Assembly: GCA_963667845.2 (NCBI GenBank)
Contig: CAXXVL010000002.1
Span: forward strand, 2,432,001 to 2,496,000
DNA length: 64,000 bases
Source of the DNA: Smithellaceae bacterium
GTDB taxonomy: Bacteria; Desulfobacterota; Syntrophia; Syntrophales; Smithellaceae
Direction: 5' to 3'
Shown here: one piece after another, positions 29,744-40,511 of the stretch
Layout: every line of letters begins with the position of its first letter
Numbering within the stretch: position 1 is the stretch's first letter
Translations under genes and position numbers: made by a program
Notes under the pieces: generated by a model
The model's input: only the letters and a program-made list of their open reading frames with translations
What the model was told of the DNA's origin: nothing
The model's database searches: none

Positions 29744-30043
29744 ATGGCACATCACAGTACGATCAAGGAAAACAGTTATAACAGTCTGGCCGAGCGGTTA
29801 AACATTTTTCCGCAGGGTGCTCCGCCCACGGAGTTGTTATTTAAAATCCTTAAAGTTCTTTTCTCCGAAAAGGAAGCCGAGCTTGTTTCTCTCCTTCCCA
29901 TCAAATCTTTTACCGACAAAAAAGCGGCCGCAATCTGGAAACTGAGCCCAGGTGATGCCCGGGTCATTCTGAACGATCTCGAGTACGAGGGGTCAGATCT
30001 GTCGCTGACCATAGATGTTTTGTCTGATCTCCGAAAATCTTAA
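29744..30043 (+). pseudogene. truncated duplicate of the 5' end of the 4Fe-4S gene at 31529
   Basis: 29723-29979 aligns without gaps to 31508-31764, then diverges abruptly. Confidence 0.85.
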
Positions 30044-30076
30044 AAGAAATTGGGACCTATAAGCTAAAAAGCGCTC

Positions 30077-30139
30077 GACTATTATGCAACGCTTTGCATA
30101 ATAGTCTTGACTATCGTGCAAAGTGTTGCTAAATAGTCA
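30077..30139 (+). promoter_or_regulatory. tandem palindromes over the promoter of the AAA gene
   Basis: GACTATTATGCAA-CGCT-TTGCATAATAGTC followed by an imperfect second copy containing TTGACT; ATG at 30143 has no SD. Confidence 0.65.
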
Positions 30140-30142
30140 GGC

Positions 30143-31270
30143 ATGAAACGTTACCTTTATGATCCGATCAAAAAAGATATTAAGAAAAAAATGGTCATTC
30201 TGACTGGTCCGCGGCAGGTTGGAAAGACATGGCTGGCCAAAGAACTAATGGCTGAATTCAAATCGCCGCAGTATCTTAATTTCGACAGTATTGCCGATGC
30301 CAAAATTATCAATAATCAGTTTTGGCCGGTGCACAGCGATTTGCTTATCCTGGATGAAATCCACAAAAAGCCGCAATGGAAAAAATTCGTTAAGGGCGTT
30401 TTTGATACACGCGAAAAAAATCAGGCCCTTTTGGTAACGGGAAGCGCAAGGCTCGATACGTTTCGGCAGTCCGGCGAGTCTCTGGCCGGCCGTTATTATT
30501 CCATGCGTCTGAATCCCATTTCTGTCTCTGAGCTTAAGGAATCCGCAAAACCTGATGAGGCATTAGCACTGCTCAACCGGTTTGGCGGCTTTCCGGAACC
30601 CTTTTTATCCGGTTCGGACCGGGAGGCGACGCGCTGGCGTAATCAGTATTATACGGATTTGATCCGCGAAGACATTCTGGAGTTCGGCCGTCTGCAGGAA
30701 GTGCGCACGATGAAGCTCTTGTTGGAATTGCTTCGTTCGCGCGTGGGTTCTCCCTTGTCTTATACGTCGCTTGCGCAGGACCTTCAGATAGCCCCCAACA
30801 CGGTCCGCCGCTATATCGATATTCTGGAAAGTTTGTGCATTGTGTTTACGATACGTCCTTTTCATCACAATGTGGCCAGAGCGATTTTGAAGGAACCGAA
30901 ACTGTATTTTTACGACAGCGGATATGTCCTGGGTAACGAGGGCATCCGCCTGGAAAATACCTGCGCGGTCTGCCTGTTAAAACATGTTCAATATTTACAG
31001 GACGTAAACGGTGAGGATATTGAACTGAACTATATCAAGACTAAAGAGGGAAAAGAGGTGGATTTCGCGCTGAGCCGAAATAAGAAAGCAACGCATTTGA
31101 TTGAGGTAAAGATGGCCGAAGATTCGCCCGCCGGGTCTCTGGCTGCTTTATCAAAAAAACTCCCGGATGCTGCGGCCATTCAACTTGTTGGAAATCTCCG
31201 GCGTGAACAGCGGATAGATCATGTCTCGGTTGTCAGCGCCGGTAAATGGCTTGGGCAGTTGTCCGCATGA
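30143..31270 (+). CDS. AAA_14 + DUF4143 ATP-binding protein
   Basis: GPRQVGKT; LDEIHK; GESLAGR; PKLYFYDSG; EVDF..IEVK motifs. Confidence 0.92.
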   Translation: MKRYLYDPIKKDIKKKMVILTGPRQVGKTWLAKELMAEFKSPQYLNFDSIADAKIINNQFWPVHSDLLILDEIHKKPQWKKFVKGVFDTREKNQALLVTGSARLDTFRQSGESLAGRYYSMRLNPISVSELKESAKPDEALALLNRFGGFPEPFLSGSDREATRWRNQYYTDLIREDILEFGRLQEVRTMKLLLELLRSRVGSPLSYTSLAQDLQIAPNTVRRYIDILESLCIVFTIRPFHHNVARAILKEPKLYFYDSGYVLGNEGIRLENTCAVCLLKHVQYLQDVNGEDIELNYIKTKEGKEVDFALSRNKKATHLIEVKMAEDSPAGSLAALSKKLPDAAAIQLVGNLRREQRIDHVSVVSAGKWLGQLSA

Positions 31271-31339
31271 AAAAGATGAACCTGCGAGAGATGCTTAAAG
31301 CCAATTATCGTCTGGGTCGAATTCAGAGAACATAACGTT

Positions 31340-31437
31340 TAATCCCGCGCAAGCGGGACAGAGTTAACTCTCCGCAGCTTGCTGCGCAATAATGGCGTTC
31401 ATTTCCTGCCTCGACAGCGTGCCGCGGGGCGGTTGAT
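31340..31437 (+). repeat. ~98-bp dispersed palindromic element, long copy
   Basis: TAATCCCGCGCAAGCGGGACAGAGTTAACTCTCCGCAGCTTGCTGC...GGTTGAT. Confidence 0.85.
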
Positions 31438-31528
31438 TTATCTTGAACAATGAAATAAAGAGAATTGTCCCTCTATCTGTAAATTTATTCTTAAGTGTTT
31501 TCTGCCCAACAGGATAAACGAGTATTCA

Positions 31529-32818
31529 ATGGCACATCACAATACTATCAAGGCGAACAGATACAACAGTCTGGCCGAGCGGTTAAACATTTTTCCGCAG
31601 GGTGCTCCACCCACGGAGTTGTTATTCAAGATCCTTAAAGTTCTTTTTTCCGAAAAGGAAGCAGAGCTTGTTTCTCTCCTTCCCATCAAATCTTTTACTG
31701 ACAAAAAAGCAGCCGCAATCTGGAAACTCAGTCTTGGTGATGCCCGGGTTATTTTGAACGATCTTGCCGACCGGGGGATTCTTCTCGATTTCGAGGAAGG
31801 CGAAGACACTACCTATGTTCTTCCTCCGCCCATGGCGGGATTCTTTGAATTTTCCATGATGCGCTATAGGAAAGATGTCGATCAAAAAATTCTGGCGGAG
31901 CTGTTTTATCAGTACCTGAATGTTGAAGAGGATTTCATAAAAGATCTGTTCCTGAACGGAGAAACTCAGTTGGGAAGGGTTTTTATAAACGAAAGTGTCC
32001 TGACCAACGAAAATGCTCTCCATGTCCTGGACTTTGAGCGGGCATCCGATGTTGTAAAAACAGCTTCACAAATCGGCGTTGGCGTCTGCTATTGCCGGCA
32101 CAAGATGGAACATGTAGGCCAAAATTGCGGCGCGCCGATGGATATTTGCATGACGTTCAATGGCACTGCCGAATCATTGGTCCGCCATGGAGTTGCCAGA
32201 AAGGTTGATGCAGCAGGGGGGCTGGATTTGTTGGCTAAGGCGCAGGATTTTAACCTCGTCCAGTTTGGAGAAAATGTTCAGGAAAGAGTAAACTTTATCT
32301 GCAATTGCTGCGGTTGCTGCTGCGAAGCTTTAATTGCGATGAGGAAATTCGGCTTTTTAAATCCCGTTCACACAACGAATTTCATACCCCAAATCAATGA
32401 CGCCGCCTGCACCGGCTGCGGCAAATGCGTGTCGCTTTGCCCGGTGGAGGCGATGACGCTGGTCACAGCCAGTGATCCGCGCAAACCGGGAAAAAAGAAG
32501 GCCAAGCTTGATGCCGATCAATGCCTCGGCTGTGGTGTGTGCCTGAAAGGCTGCACAGTTTCCGCCCTGGAATTAAAATCGCGCGCCGAACGGGTTATCA
32601 CACCGGTCAATTCAGTTCATAGAGTTGTTCTCATGGCCATTGAGCGGGGAAAGTGTCAAAATCTTCTGTTTGATAATCAGGCATTCTTAAGCCATCGGGT
32701 CATGGCTGCCGTGTTGGGCGTTATTCTTAAACTCCCACCCGCAAAACAGATACTGGCGAGCAAACAGTTTAAATCAAGGTATCTTGTAGCTTTGATAAAG
32801 CATGCGACGCAGAAATAG
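31529..32818 (+). CDS. 4Fe-4S dicluster protein with N-terminal HTH-like region
   Basis: CYCRH, ICNCCGCCC, CTGCGKC..CP and CLGCGVC..C motifs. Confidence 0.88.
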   Translation: MAHHNTIKANRYNSLAERLNIFPQGAPPTELLFKILKVLFSEKEAELVSLLPIKSFTDKKAAAIWKLSLGDARVILNDLADRGILLDFEEGEDTTYVLPPPMAGFFEFSMMRYRKDVDQKILAELFYQYLNVEEDFIKDLFLNGETQLGRVFINESVLTNENALHVLDFERASDVVKTASQIGVGVCYCRHKMEHVGQNCGAPMDICMTFNGTAESLVRHGVARKVDAAGGLDLLAKAQDFNLVQFGENVQERVNFICNCCGCCCEALIAMRKFGFLNPVHTTNFIPQINDAACTGCGKCVSLCPVEAMTLVTASDPRKPGKKKAKLDADQCLGCGVCLKGCTVSALELKSRAERVITPVNSVHRVVLMAIERGKCQNLLFDNQAFLSHRVMAAVLGVILKLPPAKQILASKQFKSRYLVALIKHATQK

Positions 32819-32885
32819 GGCGGCTCCGGTGGAGATGACGGCCGGAGTCGAACAGCCGTGTGCCATGAAGATTCTGCTGAGGAGC

Positions 32886-34295
32886 TTATCTTAGCGGGAT
32901 CAAAACACTCACCGTGGTGCCCTGCTTAGGACCGGGGCTCTCGGCGAAGACGGCGCCGCCATGCAGCGCCACCAGCTTCCGTGTCAGGGAAAGTCCCAGC
33001 CCCGTCCCCTGGAAGCGGCGGCTGGTCGAGCCATCCCCCTGCTCGAAGGGTTCGAAGATCCTCTCCAGGTCATCCCGTGGTATCCCGACCCCCGTGTCCG
33101 CCACGGCAATCTTAAGCCAGGGGCCATCTTCCCAGGTGACGGATGCCGGAAGCTCGTCCCCCTTGTGGTCCAGCCAACGACCTTCCTCCCGGCGCAAGAT
33201 TTCCCCGCTGACGATCACCCGCCCGCCGTCAGGGGTAAACTTCACCGCGTTGGACAGCAAGTTATTAAGGATCTGCTTGAACTTGCGCTCATCAACTCGA
33301 ATAGTGACGGGGAGACCGTCCAGTTTCGATTCCAGGGCAATACCCTCTTTGCGGGCACTCTCCCTGAACATGCTCATACTCTCGTCCATAAGCGTATGGA
33401 GCTTCACTATACCTGGTTCCAGTTCCATCCGTCCCGCCTCCACTTTGGCGAGATCCAGAACATCGCTGATGAGCACCAGAAGATGATTGCTGCTTTGGAG
33501 TATATCAGAGAGGTACTCATGCTGGGAGCGGTTGATCTCTCCCGCATGGCGGTTCACCAATAGCTCCGTAAATCCAATGATGGCGTTGAGGGGCGTACGC
33601 AGTTCATGGCTCATGTTCGCCAGGAACTGGGACTTGGCAAGGTTCGCCTGTTCGGCCTCATGCTTGGCCGTCTGGAGTTTCGCTTTTTCTTCCTCTATTA
33701 TTCGCTGTTTCTCCTTCACCTCGACTCGATGCCTTTCCCGGACCGACTCGTAGCCATAGGTGATAAGGGTAAGGGCGATAAGTGAGATAAGATAACGCAC
33801 CGCGTAGTCTGTCTCCAGGGGCACGGTATTGGTGACCTTCCCTTGAAGGACAAACAGAACAACGGCCACTGCGGTGAGGAAAATCAAATTCCAGAGCATT
33901 CCGGTAAGGGGGCCCAGTAGAAAAAAAAGGGCGATGGGAATGAGGTAGAGCCAAAACATCTCGTGCCAGCGAGTGGCGCTGTGGAGGAGCAGGTAGAGGA
34001 GTAAAAAACCTGTCCAGCCAAGATTCACCTTGATCAGGGTTTCGATCTGCCGCTGCGTTTTCCCGAAAAAGAAGCTGAACGTATAAATGACGGCGGTGCC
34101 AAATTCGAGAAACCCGTTGGTGAGATTTCCATGGATCAGGTTTCGTGTGCCGTAGAGATAGAGAACGGGAGCGGCCACGAGGACGGCAAAGCCGGAAGCC
34201 AGCCGCCGGGATCGCTCGTCGGGGTCCAGGGAGGACGGAACAAAGAACCGGTTGATCGCCTCGAGTATTCTTCCTGCCAAAAGTTGTGGGCTCAT
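32886..34295 (-). CDS. membrane sensor histidine kinase
   Basis: H-box [36 protein letters not shown]; about 6 TM segments. Confidence 0.95.
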   Translation of the reverse strand: MSPQLLAGRILEAINRFFVPSSLDPDERSRRLASGFAVLVAAPVLYLYGTRNLIHGNLTNGFLEFGTAVIYTFSFFFGKTQRQIETLIKVNLGWTGFLLLYLLLHSATRWHEMFWLYLIPIALFFLLGPLTGMLWNLIFLTAVAVVLFVLQGKVTNTVPLETDYAVRYLISLIALTLITYGYESVRERHRVEVKEKQRIIEEEKAKLQTAKHEAEQANLAKSQFLANMSHELRTPLNAIIGFTELLVNRHAGEINRSQHEYLSDILQSSNHLLVLISDVLDLAKVEAGRMELEPGIVKLHTLMDESMSMFRESARKEGIALESKLDGLPVTIRVDERKFKQILNNLLSNAVKFTPDGGRVIVSGEILRREEGRWLDHKGDELPASVTWEDGPWLKIAVADTGVGIPRDDLERIFEPFEQGDGSTSRRFQGTGLGLSLTRKLVALHGGAVFAESPGPKQGTTVSVLIPLR

Positions 34296-34458
34296 TGTCT
34301 GTACCGGTATACGCCTGGTCGGTTCTATTTTTTATCTGCCTTTGTTGGAAGCGTCCGCAATATTCATTTAATCTTTTTCCCCGGGCATTCGCCCGGCTGC
34401 GCTACTCGGGTCGAACCAGGTATAGGACAAGATGCGTTCGACGCACGCATGCTTGCCT

Positions 34459-34650
34459 TCAATCCTCATGGGCCTTTTTCCCGTAAACCCTCTCATATGC
34501 CCCGCAGTAAGGGCATACGCCGTTCTCGATATTCTTAACAAACCAATAAGCGATCCCGCGCTGCTTCTTCCTGGCATGCGAGCATACCGGGCATTCGACA
34601 CAGCGCTTAGCCATTTGTTTATCTTTTTCAGTGGCAGAAGTTGTTTTCAT
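34459..34650 (-). CDS. small Cys-rich protein, putative metal-binding
   Basis: CVECPVC...CPYC; GAGG RBS. Confidence 0.6.
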   Translation of the reverse strand: MKTTSATEKDKQMAKRCVECPVCSHARKKQRGIAYWFVKNIENGVCPYCGAYERVYGKKAHED

Positions 34651-35273
34651 CGACGGTCTTATTTCCTCTTGCTAAGCGTAGCTGCGCCTTCATGCTTCTT
34701 TACAAACCGCAATTAAACCGATAAGATTTTGCTATTGCTGCACCAGTTCCACGCGCCGGTTTTTGGCTCGGCATTCTTCAGCCAGATTCGTACTTACCGG
34801 TCAATACGGCCCGGCACCAGATGATGGTCAGCATATAACCGCCCCGGCCTGCATCCACCTCAGAGGCGAGCTATGCCAGTTAAGACCACATATGATGTAT
34901 TTCATAGTTTAATCAATATACATATGCAATACAAGCATAAAAAAACTACGGGGTAATGAAATTACAGATTATGTGATATCCAAGGAGGCATATGGCGGGA
35001 CGTTATTCACTTATTAACTTTCTATTCATAACAATTATAACAACTTTATCTAAATCGTGATGAGGAAGGAAATCGTGGTCAAAACTTTATCCCTGACAAT
35101 ACAAATTAAGCAGGCCGGTAATGCTTACGATAAGGAGGCGTGGATTACCCGTTCCGGTTTTACATTTGAGCAGGTATGATAATTTTTCCTTGCAGTGTGA
35201 AGGCAAATGTTCTTTTATAAATAGCCAGTGTGATTTTTAAGGCGGCTCATCAATTGCAGGAGGTGGTTGCTCC

Positions 35274-35624
35274 ATGACGACAAAAATTTATGTCATTATC
35301 CTGGCTTCATCCTTTGTGTTGTTAATCCTGAACGCCATTATTAACGGCTTTCTCGAATCCTCGGCCAAATTTAACACGGATGCGATCGCTCCGGCGGTCA
35401 AAGTGTTCACGTTTGTTTTATTCTGCGCCATCGTCTTTTCGTTCATCCCGCTGGTCATCAAATTATTCATTTTCCTGCAGCATAAAATCGGCAACCAGGA
35501 TCTGACACTCGTCAAATTTTTACAAAACCATGAACAGATTGTCGTGTATTGTGCATGGGGGGTTTGTGCCCTCGGGTTGGCTATCTCACTGCCTTCGGCG
35601 ATCAAAGACGGCCTTTTCAAATGA
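35274..35624 (+). CDS. hypothetical membrane protein
   Basis: AGGAGG RBS; 3 hydrophobic segments. Confidence 0.65.
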   Translation: MTTKIYVIILASSFVLLILNAIINGFLESSAKFNTDAIAPAVKVFTFVLFCAIVFSFIPLVIKLFIFLQHKIGNQDLTLVKFLQNHEQIVVYCAWGVCALGLAISLPSAIKDGLFK

Positions 35625-35679
35625 CGCCTGCCAAAAGACATTGGCCTGCAATTCCCAAGAACCACAGAGATGATCGATC

Positions 35680-35982
35680 ATGATGAAATGTCAACAATGC
35701 TGTAAAGACCTGGCCGAAGAAAATTTGATCGTTTCCATTTCCGGCAGCATCATGGGAGACGAATGCACGGATGCATACTACTTCTGCCCCGTCTGTAAGG
35801 TTTACTCCGTGGAGACCCGTTGGGACAATTTCACGGGAATAGAGACGTCCGGCACGTCAGTCCTTCTGTCTCAAGAAGAAGGAGATGTTATCGTTAACCG
35901 TATCAAAACCTGTGATACGCCATGGGATAAGAAGTGCCGCTGTGAGTCGCACCGCCGCCATTTCAACGATACCCTCGACTGA
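35680..35982 (+). CDS. hypothetical Cys-rich protein
   Basis: CQQC, CPVC and C..W..KCRC.SH motifs. Confidence 0.6.
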   Translation: MMKCQQCCKDLAEENLIVSISGSIMGDECTDAYYFCPVCKVYSVETRWDNFTGIETSGTSVLLSQEEGDVIVNRIKTCDTPWDKKCRCESHRRHFNDTLD

Positions 35983-36071
35983 ACAGGCGGCAGACCGAAG
36001 AGGTTGCGTTTGCCGGATTTCATACCGGGCAGCATAACCATTTTTTATGAGCACAATGAGGAAAACGATTT

Positions 36072-36872
36072 GTGGTTAATGCTCAAAGCAAAAGCGGGTA
36101 CCGCATGATATACATAACATTATTATTTTTATTTGCTGTTCTCGTTCTGGCGGCCGTCTTTTTCGACAGGATCAGCTCTTTGTCGATGTTTGGCTCTTTG
36201 CCCGCGGCAAAGGTGAAAATAACGATCATTGTTCTTGCCGTCATCTGTCTTATAGCCGCGATTCTGGTTTATACAAGCGATGCGTCCCGCAAATATCTTC
36301 AGGCAAGCCAGGATTACGCTCAATCACAGGGCTGGAGCTTTTCCCGCGATGATACGCAGGGGCTCAAGACCGGGGCTGAAGCATTGTTCTTCGAAGACCT
36401 GTTCAACCTATCCAACGTTCGGACTGTCGAAACCGGAAAAAAGCAAATTTACCTGTTTGACTGTACATACCGGCGGCGAAATGCGCCCGCCCGGTCCAAC
36501 CAGAGCAGCCGGGGTCTGGCCTGTATGATTGTGTCGGACAGGTTTAAATCGATTATGGCCCCCGTGCTGATATATTCGCGTCAATGGGTTATAGGGATGA
36601 ATGACGATAGGGTGGAAATCAAGACAATGCCTTTTGCCGATCAGTTCGCCGTTTTTTCAAAAGACCCTGCCGCGGCAAAAGCAATAGTCAATCATGCGCT
36701 TCAGTCCGTCATTTATGAACTTGAGGGAAAATCCGCCTTTCTGCCGGTGCAGATTGCCGTCGGTCCGGGCGGCGCTATGGTGATTGCCGGGGTCAGCACT
36801 CCGTCGACTGAACCGTCCGATATACAGGAGATGATTTCTCTGATCCGTCGTATTGAATCGGTAATGCCGTGA
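36072..36872 (+). CDS. hypothetical membrane-anchored protein
   Basis: 266-aa ORF with two N-terminal TM segments; start uncertain. Confidence 0.6.
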   Translation: MVNAQSKSGYRMIYITLLFLFAVLVLAAVFFDRISSLSMFGSLPAAKVKITIIVLAVICLIAAILVYTSDASRKYLQASQDYAQSQGWSFSRDDTQGLKTGAEALFFEDLFNLSNVRTVETGKKQIYLFDCTYRRRNAPARSNQSSRGLACMIVSDRFKSIMAPVLIYSRQWVIGMNDDRVEIKTMPFADQFAVFSKDPAAAKAIVNHALQSVIYELEGKSAFLPVQIAVGPGGAMVIAGVSTPSTEPSDIQEMISLIRRIESVMP

Positions 36873-36950
36873 TATGTGAAAGAGTGAGAAAATGGGGACA
36901 GGTACGATTATTTGTGCCGGCCGGGATATGGAGAACCGCTTTTTGCACTA

Positions 36951-37001
36951 CTAGACATGTCTAGCAATTATACTAGACATGTCTAGTAAATTGTGTATAA
37001 T
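36951..37001 (+). promoter_or_regulatory. two perfect palindromes over the promoter of the AAA gene
   Basis: CTAGACATGTCTAG at 36951 and 36973; TAGACA-16-TATAAT; ATG at 37008. Confidence 0.7.
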
Positions 37002-37007
37002 GCGTCC

Positions 37008-38165
37008 ATGGCCAAGATATACGAAAGATCATTTGTGGCGCAGTTGGAACAGCGCGTTTCAACAGGGCAGCCTCTTATTCAGGTTCTGATGGGCCCCCGT
37101 CAGGTTGGCAAAACAACCGGAGTAAAACAACTTCTCTCCCGCTATTCGGGGAGCGCCCATTATGCCAATGCGGATGATATTTTAAATGCTGATCACACTT
37201 GGCTGATGGAGCAGTGGCAGAAGGCATTGCTTCTCGGCAAAAAGACTCTTCTGGTCATAGATGAAATTCAAAAAGTGCCCAATTGGTCGGAGACGGTTAA
37301 GTCCCTGTGGGATAAGTCTCCCAAAGCGCTGCGTGTGATTCTTTTGGGTTCAAGTTCCTTGCAGCTGCAAACAGGTTTGACGGAAAGTCTGGCCGGCCGT
37401 TTTGAGTTAATAAGGACTTATCAGTGGATTTATGATGAGTTGAAAAGTGCTTTTAAATATGATCTCAACCGCTATCTGACTTACGGCGGTTATCCCGGCG
37501 CCGTCATCTATGAGAATGATTTTGATCGCTGGTATTCGTATCTGAAAGATTCCATTATCGAAGCGGTTGTCGGTAAGGACATTCTGCTCAACAGGAAGGT
37601 GGGTAATCCCGCCTTGTTTCGCCAGGCCTTTGAAATTCTTTCCCGCTATCCGGCACAGGAGATAAGTTACACGAAGTTGCTGGGGCAGCTTCAGGATAAG
37701 GGTAATACGGATCTGGTTAAATATTATGTTGAGCTTTATTCCGGTGCGTTTCTCATTCATCCTTTGGGTAAATATTCGGCAAAAAGTGATTTGACACGAG
37801 GCTCGAGCCCCAAGATGCTGATTTCCTGTCCGGCGTTATTTACAATGCACGAAGGTCCGCAAGTTCTCGGCGATCATGAGAAACGGGGAAGGATTTTCGA
37901 GAACGCGGTAGGCATCAGGCTTTTACAATTGCCGGGCGATCTGTACTACTGGCGCGAAAAGCAAAAAGAAGTTGATTTCGTTTATCAGTATCAGGGGCAA
38001 CTCTATGCGGTCGAGGTCAAATCCGGTCGCCGCAAATTGTCATCGGGACTAAATGCTTTCCTTGAGCAGTTTCCGAAAGCGCATCCCGTGATTGTTACGC
38101 TGGATAACTTTGCCGTATTTTCAGAAAATCCGCGTATTTTTTTAGACACGGTTACTATGAAATAG
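37008..38165 (+). CDS. AAA_14 + DUF4143-like ATP-binding protein
   Basis: GPRQVGKTT; IDEIQK; ESLAGRF; GGYPG; EVDF..AVEVKSG motifs. Confidence 0.9.
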   Translation: MAKIYERSFVAQLEQRVSTGQPLIQVLMGPRQVGKTTGVKQLLSRYSGSAHYANADDILNADHTWLMEQWQKALLLGKKTLLVIDEIQKVPNWSETVKSLWDKSPKALRVILLGSSSLQLQTGLTESLAGRFELIRTYQWIYDELKSAFKYDLNRYLTYGGYPGAVIYENDFDRWYSYLKDSIIEAVVGKDILLNRKVGNPALFRQAFEILSRYPAQEISYTKLLGQLQDKGNTDLVKYYVELYSGAFLIHPLGKYSAKSDLTRGSSPKMLISCPALFTMHEGPQVLGDHEKRGRIFENAVGIRLLQLPGDLYYWREKQKEVDFVYQYQGQLYAVEVKSGRRKLSSGLNAFLEQFPKAHPVIVTLDNFAVFSENPRIFLDTVTMK

Positions 38166-38400
38166 GCCCGGAATGGGAAATAATCGGGACAGGTTCATTT
38201 AATGCTGGACCGCGTCGGATTGTGGCTGGTTCGGCAATAGTTACTGATACAGTTGCAGAGTCCATTTTGCCAAATCATGAATGTGCTTGTCGCTATCGTG
38301 TTTGTCTCTCAAGGGAGCCTCTGTTTCAATGGCGCGGGATACAGGAAATAAGGTATAGTCGGGCTCATTAATATTAAAATAATTTAAAAGGAGAAAATAT

Positions 38401-39210
38401 ATGCTGCAAATGGATCTCAACACACTATTTTCATTACAGGGTAAAGTTGCTCTGGTCACCGGCGGATCACGGGGAATCGGTAAAATGATCGCCCAGGGCC
38501 TGCTGCAGGCCGGCGCAAAAGTTTATATCACGGCAAGAAAGAAAGCGGCCTGCGAAGAAGCGGCGCGTGAGCTTTCCGTTTTTGGCCCGTGCATTGCCAT
38601 CGCATCCGATATCGGCACGCCCGAAGGCCGAGCGGCGCTTCTGCAGGCCTTTGGCCAAAAAGAAGATAAGCTCCACATTTTGATCAACAATGCCGGCACA
38701 AACTGGGGTGCGGAATTTGACAAATATCCGGACGAGGCCTTTGAGAAAGTCCTTCATCTGAATGTCAGCGCCATATTTTCCATGACCCGGGATTTTATCT
38801 GTTTGCTCGAGCGCGCGGCGACTGCCGAAGATCCGGGCCGCGTGATCAATATCGGCTCCATGGACGGCCTCCATATCCCGACGGTCTCCCATACCGGCAC
38901 CTTTGCCTATACATCGAGCAAAGCGGCGGTGCATCATCTGACCCGGAATCTGGCGGTAACGCTCGCTCCGCGCCACATCACCGTGAACGCCATCGCGCCC
39001 GGCTTTTTTCCGAGCAAGATGACGGAATACGTCTTCGGCGAGCATCTGGCGGATATCGAAGAAAACAGCCTGGAGAAGCGAGTCGGAAAACCCGAGGAAA
39101 TGGCCGCTGTCGCCATTTATCTGTGCTCCAAAGGCGGCGCCTACACCAACGGTGCAGTGATTCCCGTGGATGGCGGAACCTCCATCAACCACCAGCATGT
39201 GAGATTTTAG
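38401..39210 (+). CDS. short-chain dehydrogenase/reductase
   Basis: TGGSRGIG, NNAG, YTSSK and VDGG motifs. Confidence 0.95.
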   Translation: MLQMDLNTLFSLQGKVALVTGGSRGIGKMIAQGLLQAGAKVYITARKKAACEEAARELSVFGPCIAIASDIGTPEGRAALLQAFGQKEDKLHILINNAGTNWGAEFDKYPDEAFEKVLHLNVSAIFSMTRDFICLLERAATAEDPGRVINIGSMDGLHIPTVSHTGTFAYTSSKAAVHHLTRNLAVTLAPRHITVNAIAPGFFPSKMTEYVFGEHLADIEENSLEKRVGKPEEMAAVAIYLCSKGGAYTNGAVIPVDGGTSINHQHVRF

Positions 39211-39249
39211 GCGGTTAATCGAGAGGGATGAGGGTAATCGAATAATTAA

Positions 39250-39285
39250 GGAAACCCCGCTTATCGAAAGAAAGCGGGGTTTTTT
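39250..39285 (+). terminator. intrinsic terminator of the SDR gene
   Basis: AAACCCCGCTT-loop-AAGCGGGGTTTTTT. Confidence 0.85.
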
Positions 39286-39389
39286 ATTTTGGCGAATTCA
39301 GGAGACATTACTTTTGACGAATCTGCTGCCCGATGATCTCTTTCCCGCAAATATCTATGAGCTCCTTCGCTCGATAAGCCGTGCAGGAT

Positions 39390-39478
39390 TTTTCGACCGT
39401 TCCGTGGATTATACGTTGTGACCGATCCGTTACCTAGCCATGACGATGGTTCTCACCATAGGGTGGATTTTTTGCCAT
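39390..39478 (-). pseudogene. relic of a small conserved protein, as seen beside ImmA/IrrE genes
   Basis: MAKNPPYGENHRHG*VTDRSQ, then TYNPRNGR after a frameshift; family resemblance recalled from memory. Confidence 0.45.
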
Positions 39479-39513
39479 AATAGTTCACACCCGTATTAAT
39501 ACTTTTGAGTTTG

Positions 39514-40145
39514 TTACAATACAGGCGGCCATAAACCTTCTCTTTCAACTCGTCTTTTTATTACATCAGCGGAAACACCAAACGGCTTGCAAATCATTGG
39601 TGAAACTCTTGATAAAACGGCATCGGGATCATTGGCTAAAAATTCAGTCAGATTATTCTCTTTAATAATTGCTGCCGACTGATCGATAGCGGAAACCAAT
39701 TCTGAATGCGGAACTAAAAGTCTGCCAGCAAATTCATTAGCTTGCCACTCAAAGTTGCTATATTCACTTTCCGACACATTAAGAATAAAATTTTTCCACG
39801 AGGCTGGATCTACCAGATCAAACGCCGCGAATATCTCTTTGTGAAGGAAAAAGTGACCCAGTTCGTGCGCAAAGGAAAATCTTATCCTGTTGGCATGTTT
39901 CTCATTCATGTAAAAATCATAATCAACGACAATGGCCGTCAAATCCATTTTAAGATAGGCGTCCATGTCAGTTGAGGAAAAAAGCCCATGTTTGGGCTCT
40001 GGAAGGAGGTTAAGCCGAAATCAACAATTTTTTCTATATCTACAGGCAATGTGCCTTCCGGCCAATAAGTTTTTCGTACTTGATCAGCAATAGACCAGAG
40101 CTCACTTTTGTCAATCCATGTACATCTGAACTCGCCGGATTCCAA
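39514..40145 (-). pseudogene. ImmA/IrrE family metallopeptidase, frameshifted
   Basis: N-part LPVDIEKIV (39939-40145) and C-part RFSFAHELGH..EWQANEFAGRLLVP (39514-39966) join by a single-base shift near 40020. Confidence 0.8.
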
Positions 40146-40148
40146 TCG

Positions 40149-40511
40149 TTAATCCTCCTTTTTAATCATATCAATCAGTTTATCCAATTCTTCAGCTGTC
40201 GGCTTATCGCTTCGCATGGTACGAAAGAACATAGGCAAGGCTTTTAAAACTTGTTCATCCGAACGAATGTCTTCAGGAATAATGCCTGCATCGATATTGG
40301 CCAGATCTTTCATCTCCTTCCAGGTGTCCGATCCAATTTTGATGCTTAAAGCACGCCCGATCTTTTTTAGTTTTTCCTCATCCTGCGGTGGTGCTAGTAA
40401 GCCCCGTTCGACTTTGCTCCAATTGCTGGCGTCCATTTCAACTTGTTTGCAAAACTCCCTAAGGCTTATTTCTTTTTTCATTCTTAATTCTTTAATAAAT
40501 TCTCCATACAT
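40149..40511 (-). CDS. XRE family HTH regulator
   Basis: YGEFIKELR..ISLREFC..DASNWSKVERG; GGAGG RBS before ATG 40511. Confidence 0.88.
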   Translation of the reverse strand: MYGEFIKELRMKKEISLREFCKQVEMDASNWSKVERGLLAPPQDEEKLKKIGRALSIKIGSDTWKEMKDLANIDAGIIPEDIRSDEQVLKALPMFFRTMRSDKPTAEELDKLIDMIKKED

